Source: Pyrobaculum calidifontis JCM 11548 (GTDB taxonomy: Archaea > Thermoproteota > Thermoprotei > Thermoproteales > Thermoproteaceae). Taken from it: DNA of 32,000 nucleotides. The position numbers and the translations under genes were made by a program. Every line of letters starts with the position of its first letter. Positions within the stretch are counted from its first letter, which is position 1. This document shows positions 1-9,236 of this stretch, in pieces. The stretch spans positions 1,650,001 through 1,682,000 of the forward strand of contig NC_009073.1 in NCBI RefSeq assembly GCF_000015805.1. The letters run 5' to 3'. The notes beneath the pieces are model-generated. The model was not told the DNA's origin and ran no database searches. It saw only the letters and a program-made list of their open reading frames with translations.

Positions 1-66
1 CAAGCCAACCGAGCATCGAGTCCACGTATATACAATCGAGGCGCAGAGGCCCCTTGTACAAACAGT

Positions 67-1917
67 CTACCACGACTTAAATATCTCCCTTATCTCCTCC
101 CAAGACAGCGGCGAGCCCTTGCCCACCTCAGACACCCTCGAGGGGCCGGGCAAGGCCGCCACTATCTCATCAACGTTGCAACCGCCCCACTTCTCCGCCA
201 ACTCCTTCGCCAGCCTACTCTTCTCAACGTTCCCAGGGGTCACCACGACGTATTTCTCCGCGAGTAAGGGAGCCGACTTAGGCGGCGCGGCGACCACTCT
301 CGCCGCCTCGCCGTCGCGTCTACAGCCCACGGCGAGTTCCAGTCTCACGTTTCTCACATACTCCCTCTTTCCATACACCATGAACGACCCCCTCGCCAAG
401 TACTGGCCGGCCGGCGGCTGCTTAGACACTTGCTCCCCCCTGGCGTAGTAGACGTCGATCGCGTGAATGCCTATCTTCCACGCCCTGCTATACGCCGCGG
501 CGAACTGGGCCACTTGGTGCACCTCAAGGGGGTCCTCTATGGGTGGCGCTATTACCACAGAGGCGCCGGGGATATCCGCGTGGAAGAACAGGTAGTGATC
601 CTTTAAGTACTTCCGGACAATGGACTCGTTCTGAGAGGCATCGCGGCCGCCCAACACCGGCCTCTTCCCAGTGGTCACAGTCCAGTGGTACTTCTCAAAC
701 CACTCCCTCTCAACCACAGCCTTGACAGACGACTTCACCTTCTCCTCCGCCTTCCTCTGCTCCTCCACCAGCTTAGCCAACTCCCCCCTCATCTTGTCTA
801 GAACTGCCTGCGCCTTGGCCGCCTTCTCCTCCAACTCCTTGGCCTTCTCAAACAAGGCAGAGATTTGGCGCCCCAACTGTACATCTCGCCTAATCTCCAC
901 CTCGTCGCCCTCTGGCAGAATTATCTTTACTCTAGTTCCGTCTACGTATACTACACGTATACTTGATTCGGAGCCAGCCAAGGCTTGCTCTACCTCGTAC
1001 TTATACACTAACAGCCTATGGGCAAGAGCTTTGAGCCTCGCCGCCTCGCCTCTGTACTCAGGAATTTTCCTCTCCAACTCCTGTATGCTCGCCTCCAGCC
1101 GCCTCCGCCTCTGCTCTAGCTCCCGCGTAGCCGACGCCTTAGCCGCCTCCAGCTCCAGTGGGCCAAAGTAGAAGTCGAGGGCAACCCAGAATGAGTCAAA
1201 CCGCCTCACCTCGTCGCACTTGGCGGCCACAGGCACAATGGGGAGGACGGTCACAGCGGCGCCGCCCCTTATGCACACAGACGGCTCAAGCCTCCCCGCC
1301 GCCACGTCGTCCACGATTTTCTTCAACGCGGCGGCTAGCGCGTGGGGGTCAACGCCGGCTCTAGCAATGAGCTCATCGGCGAACTCAGGTCCAGTCCCAA
1401 CTCGCCTAATCAAGCTACGCCTCACATCTGACGGATCTATCGCCTTTGCCACCTCCTCCACCCCGGCCCTCAAGACGTCTACAAACACAGCGGGCGGATA
1501 GGTGTAGGGAGCCCCCGCCTTGAGCTCCCTGTCCTTCCCCCTATAGCTGTGGAGAAGCCACACAACTCTGCCCTCCCTAACCGCGACAACGTTGAAAGGT
1601 TCCAATAGTTCAACTACGAGCGTCCCAGTCTCAAAGTGGAACTCCACAATGCGGTCAAACCGCGGGAGGCCAACCCACGTAAGCCGCTCGCCGCGGAAAA
1701 GCCCCCTCAAAGTCTCCGCCCCCTCATGCGTCTTCTCAGGAATTAGCCCAGTCAAAGAGACCCTATGCCTAGTGATAGTCACAAAACCCTGGCCAAACTT
1801 AAAGAGGAATCCCGCCGCCGTCCTGTAGACGTTTTCCACATGTGCTCCAACAAGCCTCGACATCTCCACAGACGAGGCCAATAAGTCAAGCGCGGTTAAT
1901 ACAGTCTTCACAACCAA
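67..1917 (-). CDS. NFACT-family protein (archaeal Rqc2/NEMF/FbpA homolog)
   Basis: Uninterrupted 616-aa ORF. It has a long charged coiled-coil centre (RRRRLEASIQELERKIPEYRGEAARLKAL...) and the C-terminal motif YLFFHADIPGASVVI, typical of the NFACT-R/DUF814 domain. Confidence 0.8.
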   Translation of the reverse strand: MVVKTVLTALDLLASSVEMSRLVGAHVENVYRTAAGFLFKFGQGFVTITRHRVSLTGLIPEKTHEGAETLRGLFRGERLTWVGLPRFDRIVEFHFETGTLVVELLEPFNVVAVREGRVVWLLHSYRGKDRELKAGAPYTYPPAVFVDVLRAGVEEVAKAIDPSDVRRSLIRRVGTGPEFADELIARAGVDPHALAAALKKIVDDVAAGRLEPSVCIRGGAAVTVLPIVPVAAKCDEVRRFDSFWVALDFYFGPLELEAAKASATRELEQRRRRLEASIQELERKIPEYRGEAARLKALAHRLLVYKYEVEQALAGSESSIRVVYVDGTRVKIILPEGDEVEIRRDVQLGRQISALFEKAKELEEKAAKAQAVLDKMRGELAKLVEEQRKAEEKVKSSVKAVVEREWFEKYHWTVTTGKRPVLGGRDASQNESIVRKYLKDHYLFFHADIPGASVVIAPPIEDPLEVHQVAQFAAAYSRAWKIGIHAIDVYYARGEQVSKQPPAGQYLARGSFMVYGKREYVRNVRLELAVGCRRDGEAARVVAAPPKSAPLLAEKYVVVTPGNVEKSRLAKELAEKWGGCNVDEIVAALPGPSRVSEVGKGSPLSWEEIREIFKSW

Positions 1918-1933
1918 ACGTCAACTCCCGGCT

Positions 1934-2761
1934 TTAAGACAGTTTAACGCCGTGGCGCTCCAACACCTCCTTCATAAACAACGCATCTTTGTCCAACAGG
2001 GGGGATTCGCAGATAAGCGTAATAGCCATGTCCCTTTCAGCCAACTGTTTTGCAAGCGGCTCAAAGGGCGGCCTCCCCACTTCAACAGGCTCGTGCTCGT
2101 CGACAAATTTCCCATTGCGATATCTAACAGACGTGAAATGTGTATGCATATGCCTCCCCGGGAACTCCCTATTCCACAAATCGAGGACAGCCCCATAGTC
2201 GATAGTTCCGTTGTTCCTCGCGTATAAGTGCCCCCAGTCTATCACGGGGGTGACAAACGTCAACTCCTTTGCGAGAGAAAACGCTTCCTCCACGCTCCCA
2301 AACTGGTTCTTCCTCGCCGTGATCTCCACGCCGATGTAAACGCCAGAGGGCTCGCCCGCCTCCCTATACGCCTTAGCCAGCTCCTCCCTCACCTTTTCAT
2401 AACACCCAGAGGGGCCGAGCTTGCCATAGTAGGCGGCGTGGACGACAACGACCCAGGCCCCCATATGATACGCCCTGTCTAACGAGTCTACAAGCCTCTG
2501 CCGAGACTTCTCCACCTTATCCGCCTCATCCGAGCACAAGTTAATAAAGTACGGCGCGTGGACAGACAACAGTACTCCGTGATCCTGAGCGGCCTTGCCA
2601 ACCTGTTTAGCGAGCTCGCGCGACATGCGGACACCCTGCACGAACTCCACTTCCATGGCGTTTAAGCCCAGCTCTCTCACCACTCTGACTGCGTCCAGCG
2701 TAGACTTCGCCTTCACCACGTACTGTGGGATGCCGGCTGGACCTAACCACACCTTCGCCAT
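1934..2761 (-). CDS. nfo: Endonuclease IV-type AP endonuclease (xylose-isomerase-like TIM barrel)
   Basis: 275-aa ORF with Endo IV-like metal-binding strings (LSVHAPYFINL, VVVVHAAYYG, GVEITA, DWGHLYA). A TATA-like box lies about 25 nt upstream on the minus strand. Confidence 0.7.
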   Translation of the reverse strand: MAKVWLGPAGIPQYVVKAKSTLDAVRVVRELGLNAMEVEFVQGVRMSRELAKQVGKAAQDHGVLLSVHAPYFINLCSDEADKVEKSRQRLVDSLDRAYHMGAWVVVVHAAYYGKLGPSGCYEKVREELAKAYREAGEPSGVYIGVEITARKNQFGSVEEAFSLAKELTFVTPVIDWGHLYARNNGTIDYGAVLDLWNREFPGRHMHTHFTSVRYRNGKFVDEHEPVEVGRPPFEPLAKQLAERDMAITLICESPLLDKDALFMKEVLERHGVKLS

Positions 2762-2770
2762 GCTCTACAT

Positions 2771-2790
2771 ATTATATTACCTAATTAAGT
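2771..2790. promoter_or_regulatory. Divergent promoter region with two TATA-like boxes (nfo-like gene and truD)
   Basis: ATTATATTA (2771-2779) lies about 26 nt upstream of the truD ATG at 2801. TTAATTAGG (2782-2790, read on the minus strand) lies about 25 nt upstream of the start at 2761. Confidence 0.45.
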
Positions 2791-2797
2791 TTCAGCC

Positions 2798-4036
2798 GTG
2801 ATGGAGGCCCCGCCATTTGACAAAAGCTTGGGGATGCAATACTACGCCACGGACACTTGCCCGGCCGGGGGCCGTATCAAGGAAAGGGTGGAGGATTTCG
2901 TCGTGGAGGAGATCCTCAAAGACGGCACTGTTGTCTCTGTCAACGGCGTTGCGCTCACGCCGAGGGTTGGGAATTGGACGTGGATTCACGTCGTGAAGAG
3001 GGGCGTGGACACTCTTAAGTTTGTGTTAAGGTTGGCCAAGGCTCTTGGGGTAAATCCACGCGACATATCTATCGGCGGCATAAAGGACACTAGGGCGGTC
3101 ACTTCGCAGATAGTGTCTGTGAGGGGAACCGTCTCCAGCCTGCCCCAGATCCCCGGGGTAGAGTTCTTAGGCATGTGGCCGATGGATAGGCCTATTACGC
3201 CGGCGGAGATATATGGGAATAGATTTACGATTGTTGTCAGAGGCGTGGATAGGGCGGACTGCGCCGCTGAGGCGCTTGCCGCTTTGGCCAAGACGCCGAT
3301 TCCCAACTACTACGGCTATCAGCGCTTCGGGACTGTGCGCCCCGTGGGCCACCTCCTCGGCCTAGCCCTCTTGAAGAAGGACGCCGAGGCGTTCTTCGAC
3401 GTCATGTTTTGTAAAATATTTCCGCGGGAGTCCGAGGCCGCCAAGAGAGCGAGGGAGTTGGCGTGTAGGGGGGAGTACGCCAAGGCGCTGGAGGCTTTTC
3501 CCAAGAGGTTTCTCGAGGAGAGGGCTTTTCTGAGGAAGCTGGTGGAGGGGGCGGACCTCTGGAACGCGGCGATGGCTATACCGGGGCAGATCCTCAAGAT
3601 CTACATAGAGGCTGCCCAGTCCTACGTCTTTAACCTCTTTCTCTCGAGGCGGATGGAGCTGGCGCCGCTGGAGCCCGTGGAGGGGGACTTAGTGGACGTG
3701 GGGGGCCAAGTGGCGTACTACGTGGAGGGCCTCGCGGGGGATCTCGTCTTGCCCGTGCCCGGCGCGGGGGTTAAGATGCCGAGGGGCAGAGTGGGCGAGG
3801 CTCTTGTAAGAGTGGTGAAGGACCTAGGCCTCGACCCAGCCCTCTTCTTGAAGATGCCGAGGGGCTTGAGGGCGTATGGTAGCTATAGGCGCGCCCGGCT
3901 GGACGTAGGCCAGCTGGAGTACAAGGTCGCCGGCGGCGAGGTGGAGATACGTATGACTCTGCCGAGGGGGAGCTACGCCACTGTGGTATTGAGGGAGGTG
4001 GTGAAGCCGGTCGACCCCGCCGCGCATGGGTTCTAA
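2798..4036 (+). CDS. truD: tRNA pseudouridine synthase D (TruD/Pus7 family)
   Basis: 412-aa ORF with the TruD signature GGIKDTRAVTSQ, which contains the catalytic Asp, and YGYQRFG. The start is GTG 2798 or the adjacent ATG 2801. Confidence 0.85.
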   Translation: MMEAPPFDKSLGMQYYATDTCPAGGRIKERVEDFVVEEILKDGTVVSVNGVALTPRVGNWTWIHVVKRGVDTLKFVLRLAKALGVNPRDISIGGIKDTRAVTSQIVSVRGTVSSLPQIPGVEFLGMWPMDRPITPAEIYGNRFTIVVRGVDRADCAAEALAALAKTPIPNYYGYQRFGTVRPVGHLLGLALLKKDAEAFFDVMFCKIFPRESEAAKRARELACRGEYAKALEAFPKRFLEERAFLRKLVEGADLWNAAMAIPGQILKIYIEAAQSYVFNLFLSRRMELAPLEPVEGDLVDVGGQVAYYVEGLAGDLVLPVPGAGVKMPRGRVGEALVRVVKDLGLDPALFLKMPRGLRAYGSYRRARLDVGQLEYKVAGGEVEIRMTLPRGSYATVVLREVVKPVDPAAHGF

Positions 4037-4065
4037 AACATTTATTTTACCGTCTAACTTGGGGC

Positions 4066-4863
4066 GTGGTAGTGGCACTGCCGGCGGACGAGAGGCCTCC
4101 GGTGCCTAAGAAGGACGCGTTGATAGTTTTGGCGGTCCACAGCTACATCCCCTCTCAGGCAAACCCCCGGGCCGAGCTCCTTGAGACAATTTTACAGATC
4201 TTGGAGGGGCGCCACGTGTCGCTTACTTTCTCGATGCCTAAGTCCTACTTTGAAAAGGCCGTGAAAGTGATGGGGCTAGACAAACTGGCGGCTAAGTACG
4301 GCGCCAAGATAGTGATGCCGCATCAAAGTGCCACATATAGGCTGGAGCTTCAGTCGCCTCTGGGCAACAAGGTCCGCGTAAGAGCCCTCGAGGCAGCCTT
4401 CGACGAGTCACTACTGAAGATAGTCGTTGCGATGCCCGTCAGCCACCCCCAGACCATTCTCTACTCCACGATGACCACCGCCGCGTTGCAGATACTGGAG
4501 CCGAAAGATTCGCAAAACCTCTACGAGGGGTTCAGGGCCTTGTACAAGTACATCGCAGACATATACAAGCTGGAGAAAAACACCCTCTGCATCGCCGACG
4601 GGAAGTACGTCATCGAGGGAGACGGCCCCATCAAGGGCTTCCAGCGCTACTGGGGGGTGCAAGTGGTGGGCGAGAACTGCGCAGAGGTGGACTACGTCGT
4701 CGCGAGGGGGCTGGGGGTAGACCCGGGGGACTTGGGCTACCTCTACTTCTACTACGATGGGGCAATACCCAAGATCGACGTTCCAGAGCTCGTCGAGAAG
4801 AACCGGCTAAATATTAAACTGACGAGCAACGTTGGCATACTGCTCAGTTGGAAGAAAGGCTGA
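4066..4863 (+). CDS. DUF362-like protein (function unknown)
   Basis: 265-aa ORF with a GTG start about 22 nt downstream of TTATTTTA. The strings CIADGKYVIEGDGPIKG and VVGENCAEVDYVVARGLGVDPGDLGYL resemble the conserved C-terminal half of DUF362 proteins. Confidence 0.55.
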   Translation: MVVALPADERPPVPKKDALIVLAVHSYIPSQANPRAELLETILQILEGRHVSLTFSMPKSYFEKAVKVMGLDKLAAKYGAKIVMPHQSATYRLELQSPLGNKVRVRALEAAFDESLLKIVVAMPVSHPQTILYSTMTTAALQILEPKDSQNLYEGFRALYKYIADIYKLEKNTLCIADGKYVIEGDGPIKGFQRYWGVQVVGENCAEVDYVVARGLGVDPGDLGYLYFYYDGAIPKIDVPELVEKNRLNIKLTSNVGILLSWKKG

Positions 4864-4916
4864 TGATGAAAGCGTTGGTGGAAGAACGGTGACTGACGAC
4901 GGACGGACTGACGGCC
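4858..4916 (+). ncRNA. C/D-box sRNA candidate overlapping the stop codon of the upstream gene
   Basis: C box ATGATGA is at 4863-4869 and D box CTGA at 4908-4911, giving a 49-nt core. The flanks GGCTG (4858-4862) and CGGCC (4912-4916) form a 5-bp terminal stem. The internal boxes are weak: D' is AAGA (4882-4885) and C' is GTGAcTGA (4889-4896). Confidence 0.5.
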
Positions 4917-4929
4917 TCCGTGGGAAAAG

Positions 4930-4937
4930 CTTATAAA
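4930..4937 (+). promoter_or_regulatory. TATA-like box for the uL14 gene
   Basis: CTTATAAA is centred about 24 nt upstream of ATG 4958, consistent with a leaderless transcript. Confidence 0.5.
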
Positions 4938-4957
4938 CTGCGGCTGTAGGGGGTGCT

Positions 4958-5392
4958 ATGGCAAAGCGTGGCGGCAAGAGAACGGTAGGCGTCCCGTATA
5001 GGTTCCACGTGACTCCTGGCATATTTATGAACAGCCTAGTCCCCGTGGCTGACAACTCTGGCGCGAAGCTGGTTAGAGTGATAGGCGTCGTTGGCCACTA
5101 CTCTAAGTCTGTGCATAGGAGAATTCCGGGCGCCGGCGTGGGTGACATGGTGGTAGTTGTGGTGAGGGAGGGGAAGCCCGAGTTGAGGAAGCAGATTTTC
5201 AGGGCGATAGTGGTTAGGCAGAGGAGGCCCTACAGGAGGCCGGACGGCACGTGGGTGGCGTTTGAGGACAACGCCGTTGTCATAGTTACGCCCGAGGGAG
5301 ACCCGAAGGGCTCTGAGATACACGGCCCCGTGGCCATGGAGGCGACGCTTAGGTGGCCCACAATTGCAAACCTAGCCTCCATAGTGGTTTAG
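4958..5392 (+). CDS. rpl14: Ribosomal protein uL14 (L14p/L23e)
   Basis: 144-aa ORF. The strings [33 protein letters not shown] and [20 protein letters not shown] match the uL14 fold pattern. Confidence 0.95.
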
Positions 5393-5459
5393 TTTCACTC
5401 CACTCTCCCCACGCACTTTGTTAAACACAGCATATTTATCTACGCAGAGTCAAAACCAC

Positions 5460-5777
5460 GTGGAAGCGGCTGTGGAGATTTTAATCCCGCGGCTTAGGAG
5501 GCTTAGCCCGGCGAAGAGGGCCGCCGCCCTGTACAAGCTGAGGGAGACACTAGACGAGGAGGACTTCAAGTACGTGGCCGCCTTGCTCGCCGTCGACTTG
5601 AGCGTCGGGGAAAACCCGAGGCGATGGGTTGCCGTAGACCCCGTCGACGTGGTAGAAGATGTGGAGGAGTTGGCCGAGGACCACTTAGAGGGCCGCGTGG
5701 AGACAATTGAAGTGGTAGAAGACGACGAGTATGTGGGAAAGAGAGTTGTGGAGAGGCTATGGAAGTCGACTATTTAA
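5460..5777 (+). CDS. Hypothetical acidic protein
   Basis: This is the ORF-track frame 5418..5777. I prefer the in-frame GTG at 5460 because CATATTTATC (5431-5440) sits about 25 nt upstream of it. No recognisable domain. Confidence 0.45.
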   Translation: MEAAVEILIPRLRRLSPAKRAAALYKLRETLDEEDFKYVAALLAVDLSVGENPRRWVAVDPVDVVEDVEELAEDHLEGRVETIEVVEDDEYVGKRVVERLWKSTI

Positions 5778-6142
5778 TTGAACGCCTCGGCAAATACTTG
5801 GGAGGCATAGACGTGGAAAAGGTCAAGGCATCCCTAGTGCAGAGCTCTGACGCCGCGTTTCGGATCTTGGGCCTAGACTCAGAGCCCGTGGACGTCTCCG
5901 CCCTAGAGTGTAGGAGGGTAGCCACTTTTCTAGAGGTTTACAAGGAGGAGGAGAAAAGGCTGAGGGCCCTCTACCGCGAGTTAAAGGCCCTCGGCATTTC
6001 TCCAAGCGACTTAGAGACGCTTAGGCGCAGGATCAAGGCCGCTAAGAGAAATGTGAAAATATACCGCGATATGGCCAAGAGATGTTCATCGCAGGTCAGT
6101 ATCTTCACAAGTCAGACCCCAGAGTTGCAATCATCAAAATAG
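5759..6142 (+). CDS. Hypothetical coiled-coil protein
   Basis: 127-aa ORF that overlaps the previous ORF by 19 nt. It has a charged helical segment (YKEEEKRLRALYRELKAL...RRRIKAAKRNVKIYR). No recognisable family. Confidence 0.45.
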   Translation: MEVDYLIERLGKYLGGIDVEKVKASLVQSSDAAFRILGLDSEPVDVSALECRRVATFLEVYKEEEKRLRALYRELKALGISPSDLETLRRRIKAAKRNVKIYRDMAKRCSSQVSIFTSQTPELQSSK

Positions 6143-6168
6143 AGAGGGGGAGGGAATTTAAATCCCAT

Positions 6169-6387
6169 CTAGCGGGTAGCTTTGAAACTTTTATCTTGAT
6201 ATGCGTATTGTGACTCATATATACCCCGCCGCCCTGTCTTCTGTACTTCTCCAACACGGGGCTTGTCCTCTGACAAGACCTCGGCCAGGCTACGGTCGGC
6301 GAATAGTTGGACCATGAAGTGATATTTGTGCCCCCTTATGCCAGCGTGGCGCGAGGGGGTCACGTCACATGAGATAGCCGAAGACAT
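6169..6387 (-). CDS. Doubtful small ORF (72 aa)
   Basis: This is the only ORF of 60 aa or more in a 335-bp gap. It has no recognisable motif, and the nearest TATA-like box is about 70 nt upstream, which is atypical for this window. Confidence 0.2.
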   Translation of the reverse strand: MSSAISCDVTPSRHAGIRGHKYHFMVQLFADRSLAEVLSEDKPRVGEVQKTGRRGIYESQYAYQDKSFKATR

Positions 6388-6477
6388 GTGTAAAGAGGAG
6401 GTCGAATTTCGACTCGCGTACGGCGGCCTGCCTCGCAGAGAGCATAGCTGGGCGGTTTTTAAAATGTGGGTACAGCG

Positions 6478-7788
6478 TTAGGTGCCGAGGGTCCAGGAGG
6501 ATAGATACTGTCTCTGTTCTTCTGTCATTTCCTCTATCTCTATGCCCATGGTCTTTAGCTTAAGTCTTGCCACTTCGCGGTCGAGCTCGTCGGGGAGCTT
6601 GTAGACGTCTGGCGCCAGCTTGTTTTTGACTAAGTACTCAGCCGCCAAGGCTTGGTTTGCAAACGACATGTCCATGACCTCGGACGGGTGGCCTTCGGCT
6701 GCCGCTAGATTTACAAGCCGCCCCTCTGCGATGAGGTACACCCTCTTGCCCCCTGGGAGAGTGTACTCGTCTAGGTAGGGCCTAATCCTCCTCTTTGCCG
6801 TTGCCACTCTCTCCAGCCCGGCTACGTCTATTTCTACGTTGAAGTGGCCCGTGTTGGCGAGCACAGCGCCGTCTCTCATCTTGAATATGTGGCCGAGGTT
6901 TATCACTCGTACGTTCCCTGTGGCGGTTATGAATATGTCGCCTACCTCAGCTGCCTTGTCCATGGGCATGACTTCAAAGCCGTCGAAGACGGCCTCAAGG
7001 GCCCTGATTGGGTCTGCCTCCACTACGATTACGCGGCGGGCGCCGAGGCCCCTTGCCCTCATTGCCACCCCCCGCCCCACCCAGCCGTAGCCAGCTACTA
7101 CGACCACTTTGCCTGCGATTAACAGATTTGTGGCCCTGAGAACTCCGTCCCAGGTGGACTGCCCAGTGCCGTATCTGTTGTCGAATAGGTATTTTGTGTA
7201 GGAGTCGTTTACGGCGATTATTGGGTATACCAACTTCCCCGCCTTTTTCAGGGCGCGTAGCCTAATGACGCCTGTCGTAGTCTCCTCAGTGCCCCCTCTG
7301 AGCCCCGCCACGAGTTTCTCTACGTCGACTCCGCCGGCTGTCTCAGCGACGTAGTTCAAGCTCTCGTCCTTGACCCCGTGCCAAAGCTTGTGTATTGTCG
7401 CAGTGAGGTCGGCGCCGTCGTCCAACGTAATTGTTGGATAGAAGGAGATTGCAAAGCCTATGGCGTTGTAGTACTCCCTCTCCGACATGCCCCGCCACGC
7501 GTACACGTGGATCCCCTCCTCTGCAAGAGCCGCCGCCACGTCGTCTTGCGTAGAGAGCGGGTTTGACGGCACTAGGACAACCCGCGCGCCGCCCGCCGCC
7601 AGCGTCCTAACCAACACGCCGGTCTCCTTTGTCACATGGAGACACGCGGCTACTGTTTGGCCCACCAGCGGCTTCTCTTTCTCAAACCTCCGCCTAATTT
7701 CCATGAGCACCGGCATATTCCGCTCAGCCCAGTAGAGTTGCTCCCTCCCTCTACTGGCCAGCGAGGGGTCTTTTACGCGCGACTCCAT
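6478..7788 (-). CDS. ahcY: S-adenosyl-L-homocysteine hydrolase
   Basis: NAD-binding motif [13 protein letters not shown] plus GHFNVEID and the SFANQALA region. I chose ATG 7788 ([11 protein letters not shown]...) because ATATTTTAA on the minus strand (7809-7817) sits about 25 nt upstream. The ORF-track extension to 7923 adds 45 non-homologous-looking residues. Confidence 0.9.
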   Translation of the reverse strand: MESRVKDPSLASRGREQLYWAERNMPVLMEIRRRFEKEKPLVGQTVAACLHVTKETGVLVRTLAAGGARVVLVPSNPLSTQDDVAAALAEEGIHVYAWRGMSEREYYNAIGFAISFYPTITLDDGADLTATIHKLWHGVKDESLNYVAETAGGVDVEKLVAGLRGGTEETTTGVIRLRALKKAGKLVYPIIAVNDSYTKYLFDNRYGTGQSTWDGVLRATNLLIAGKVVVVAGYGWVGRGVAMRARGLGARRVIVVEADPIRALEAVFDGFEVMPMDKAAEVGDIFITATGNVRVINLGHIFKMRDGAVLANTGHFNVEIDVAGLERVATAKRRIRPYLDEYTLPGGKRVYLIAEGRLVNLAAAEGHPSEVMDMSFANQALAAEYLVKNKLAPDVYKLPDELDREVARLKLKTMGIEIEEMTEEQRQYLSSWTLGT

Positions 7789-7808
7789 AGTCTCCCATTT
7801 TGCCAGGG

Positions 7809-7817
7809 TTAAAATAT
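7809..7817 (-). promoter_or_regulatory. TATA-like box for ahcY
   Basis: The minus-strand sequence ATATTTTAA lies about 25 nt upstream of ATG 7788. Confidence 0.5.
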
Positions 7818-7953
7818 TGATACCACGGCGAATGATGACGGCGCCGACTACAAACACCTCGGTCTCTGCGTGGAAGTCGCCGTATCTAGCTCGGCGCATT
7901 TCGGTTGCATCTCCTGTTGACAAAAGTATATTAAGCTGTGTCTGGGGATTGGC

Positions 7954-8811
7954 ATGGTTCCGCGGGTTAGGACGTATGTGCCTGGCCTAGATGAAATTCT
8001 ATTTGGAGGAGTACCTGAGAGAAGCGTAGTGCTACTGAGCGGCGGCCCGGGCACTGGCAAGTCCATTCTGGGGAAGCAGTTCCTCTTTAATGGGCTTAAG
8101 AGGGATGAGCCCGGCATCTTCGTAGCCTTGGAGGAACACCCCGTGGCTGTGCGCCGGAGCTTCCGCCACTTTGGCTGGGACGTGTCTCAGTACGAGAAGG
8201 AGGGCAAGTTCGCCATTGTAGACGCGTTCACCGGCGGAGTCGGCGCCGCGGCTCAGAGGGAGAGGTATGTGGTTAAGCAAGTGGACGATGTGCACGAGCT
8301 CAGCGACGTGCTTCGACAGGCGATAAAGGAAATCGGGGCCAGGAGAGTCGTTGTAGACTCGGTGTCTACGCTTTATCTCACCAAGCCGGCGGTGGCCCGG
8401 TCCACCATAATGTTGCTAAAGCGGGTATTGGCCGGGCTCGGTTGCACTGCCTTTTTCGTGTCGCAGGTGTCCGTGGGCGAGAGGGGGTTTGGAGGACCTG
8501 GCGTAGAGCACGCGGTAGACGGCATCATAAGACTTGACTTAGACGAAGTCGATGGAAAGCTGTACCGCTCCATAATAGTCTGGAAGATGCGCGACACTAA
8601 GCACTCCATGTTGAGACACCCAATGGAGATAAAAGACACGGGGGTGGAGATCTTTTGGGACAAATACATAAGGATCTCTGGCACCTCTGTAAAAGTGGAG
8701 CAGTTGTCAAAGGAGGAGGTGGAGGCCATGCGTAGGGCCGTGGAGGAGGCCGAGCGTCAAACAAGTCAAGCAAGGCAACGAAAAGTTGAAATAGAGGTAG
8801 AGGAGGAGTAG
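7954..8811 (+). CDS. KaiC-like RecA-superfamily ATPase (single domain)
   Basis: Walker A motif [11 protein letters not shown] and Walker B-like motif RRVVVDSVS. The size and layout match archaeal KaiC/RadA-like signalling ATPases. A TATA-like box (AGTATATTAAG) lies about 26 nt upstream. Confidence 0.8.
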   Translation: MVPRVRTYVPGLDEILFGGVPERSVVLLSGGPGTGKSILGKQFLFNGLKRDEPGIFVALEEHPVAVRRSFRHFGWDVSQYEKEGKFAIVDAFTGGVGAAAQRERYVVKQVDDVHELSDVLRQAIKEIGARRVVVDSVSTLYLTKPAVARSTIMLLKRVLAGLGCTAFFVSQVSVGERGFGGPGVEHAVDGIIRLDLDEVDGKLYRSIIVWKMRDTKHSMLRHPMEIKDTGVEIFWDKYIRISGTSVKVEQLSKEEVEAMRRAVEEAERQTSQARQRKVEIEVEEE

Positions 8812-8813
8812 CA

Positions 8814-9236
8814 ATGTCGGAGGTGCCCCTAAAGCCGGTGGGCCGCGAAGACATTCGAAAGCTTGAGTCAGCGCTGTTGGTCATGTCGTTGTTCGACAGA
8901 GAGGTTTTAGAGGCTATTAAAAACCCCGCGGAGAGAGTGACGTGGGTAGACTCCCTTTACACGGCGGCTGCGGCGCTCGCCAGAGAAAGGGCGGGGCTTC
9001 CAGCCTCTAAAATCGCCGAGGAGCTCGGCGTAACAGAGGCTACTGTGAGACGGCATTTAAAGGGAGAGACAAAGGCTGGGCAAGTGGTCTTAAAGGTCTA
9101 CGAGAGGTTGGCCAAGGAGGGGTTTAAGGTGGAATTGCCGCCAGAGCTCGCCGGGGCCGATAAGTGCAGAGAACTTGTAGAAAAGATAAGGAAACACGTG
9201 GAGGAGATTCAAAACCTGTTGTCCTCGTGGTCGTAA
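8814..9236 (+). CDS. Putative HTH DNA-binding protein coupled to the KaiC-like ATPase
   Basis: 140-aa ORF that starts 2 nt after the kaiC-like stop. It contains a helix-turn-helix-like segment (ASKIAEELGVTEATVRRHLKG). Confidence 0.55.
   Translation: MSEVPLKPVGREDIRKLESALLVMSLFDREVLEAIKNPAERVTWVDSLYTAAAALARERAGLPASKIAEELGVTEATVRRHLKGETKAGQVVLKVYERLAKEGFKVELPPELAGADKCRELVEKIRKHVEEIQNLLSSWS

Noticed and set aside
2794-2850. GCCGTGATGG at the truD start resembles the GCCGTGATGA C-box context of the candidate sRNA at 12854.
   Set aside because: No D', C' or D boxes occur at the required spacing. The GTGATG is simply the tandem GTG/ATG start of truD.
7832-7880. A perfect C box, ATGATGA, lies in the ahcY/kaiC-like intergenic region.
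   Set aside because: There is no CTGA D box within 40-60 nt and no internal box pair, so this is probably a chance occurrence.
7789-7923. A 45-codon N-terminal extension of ahcY in the ORF track ([24 protein letters not shown]...).
   Set aside because: The extension would swallow the TATA-like box that is correctly spaced for ATG 7788. The conserved AhcY sequence begins right after that ATG.
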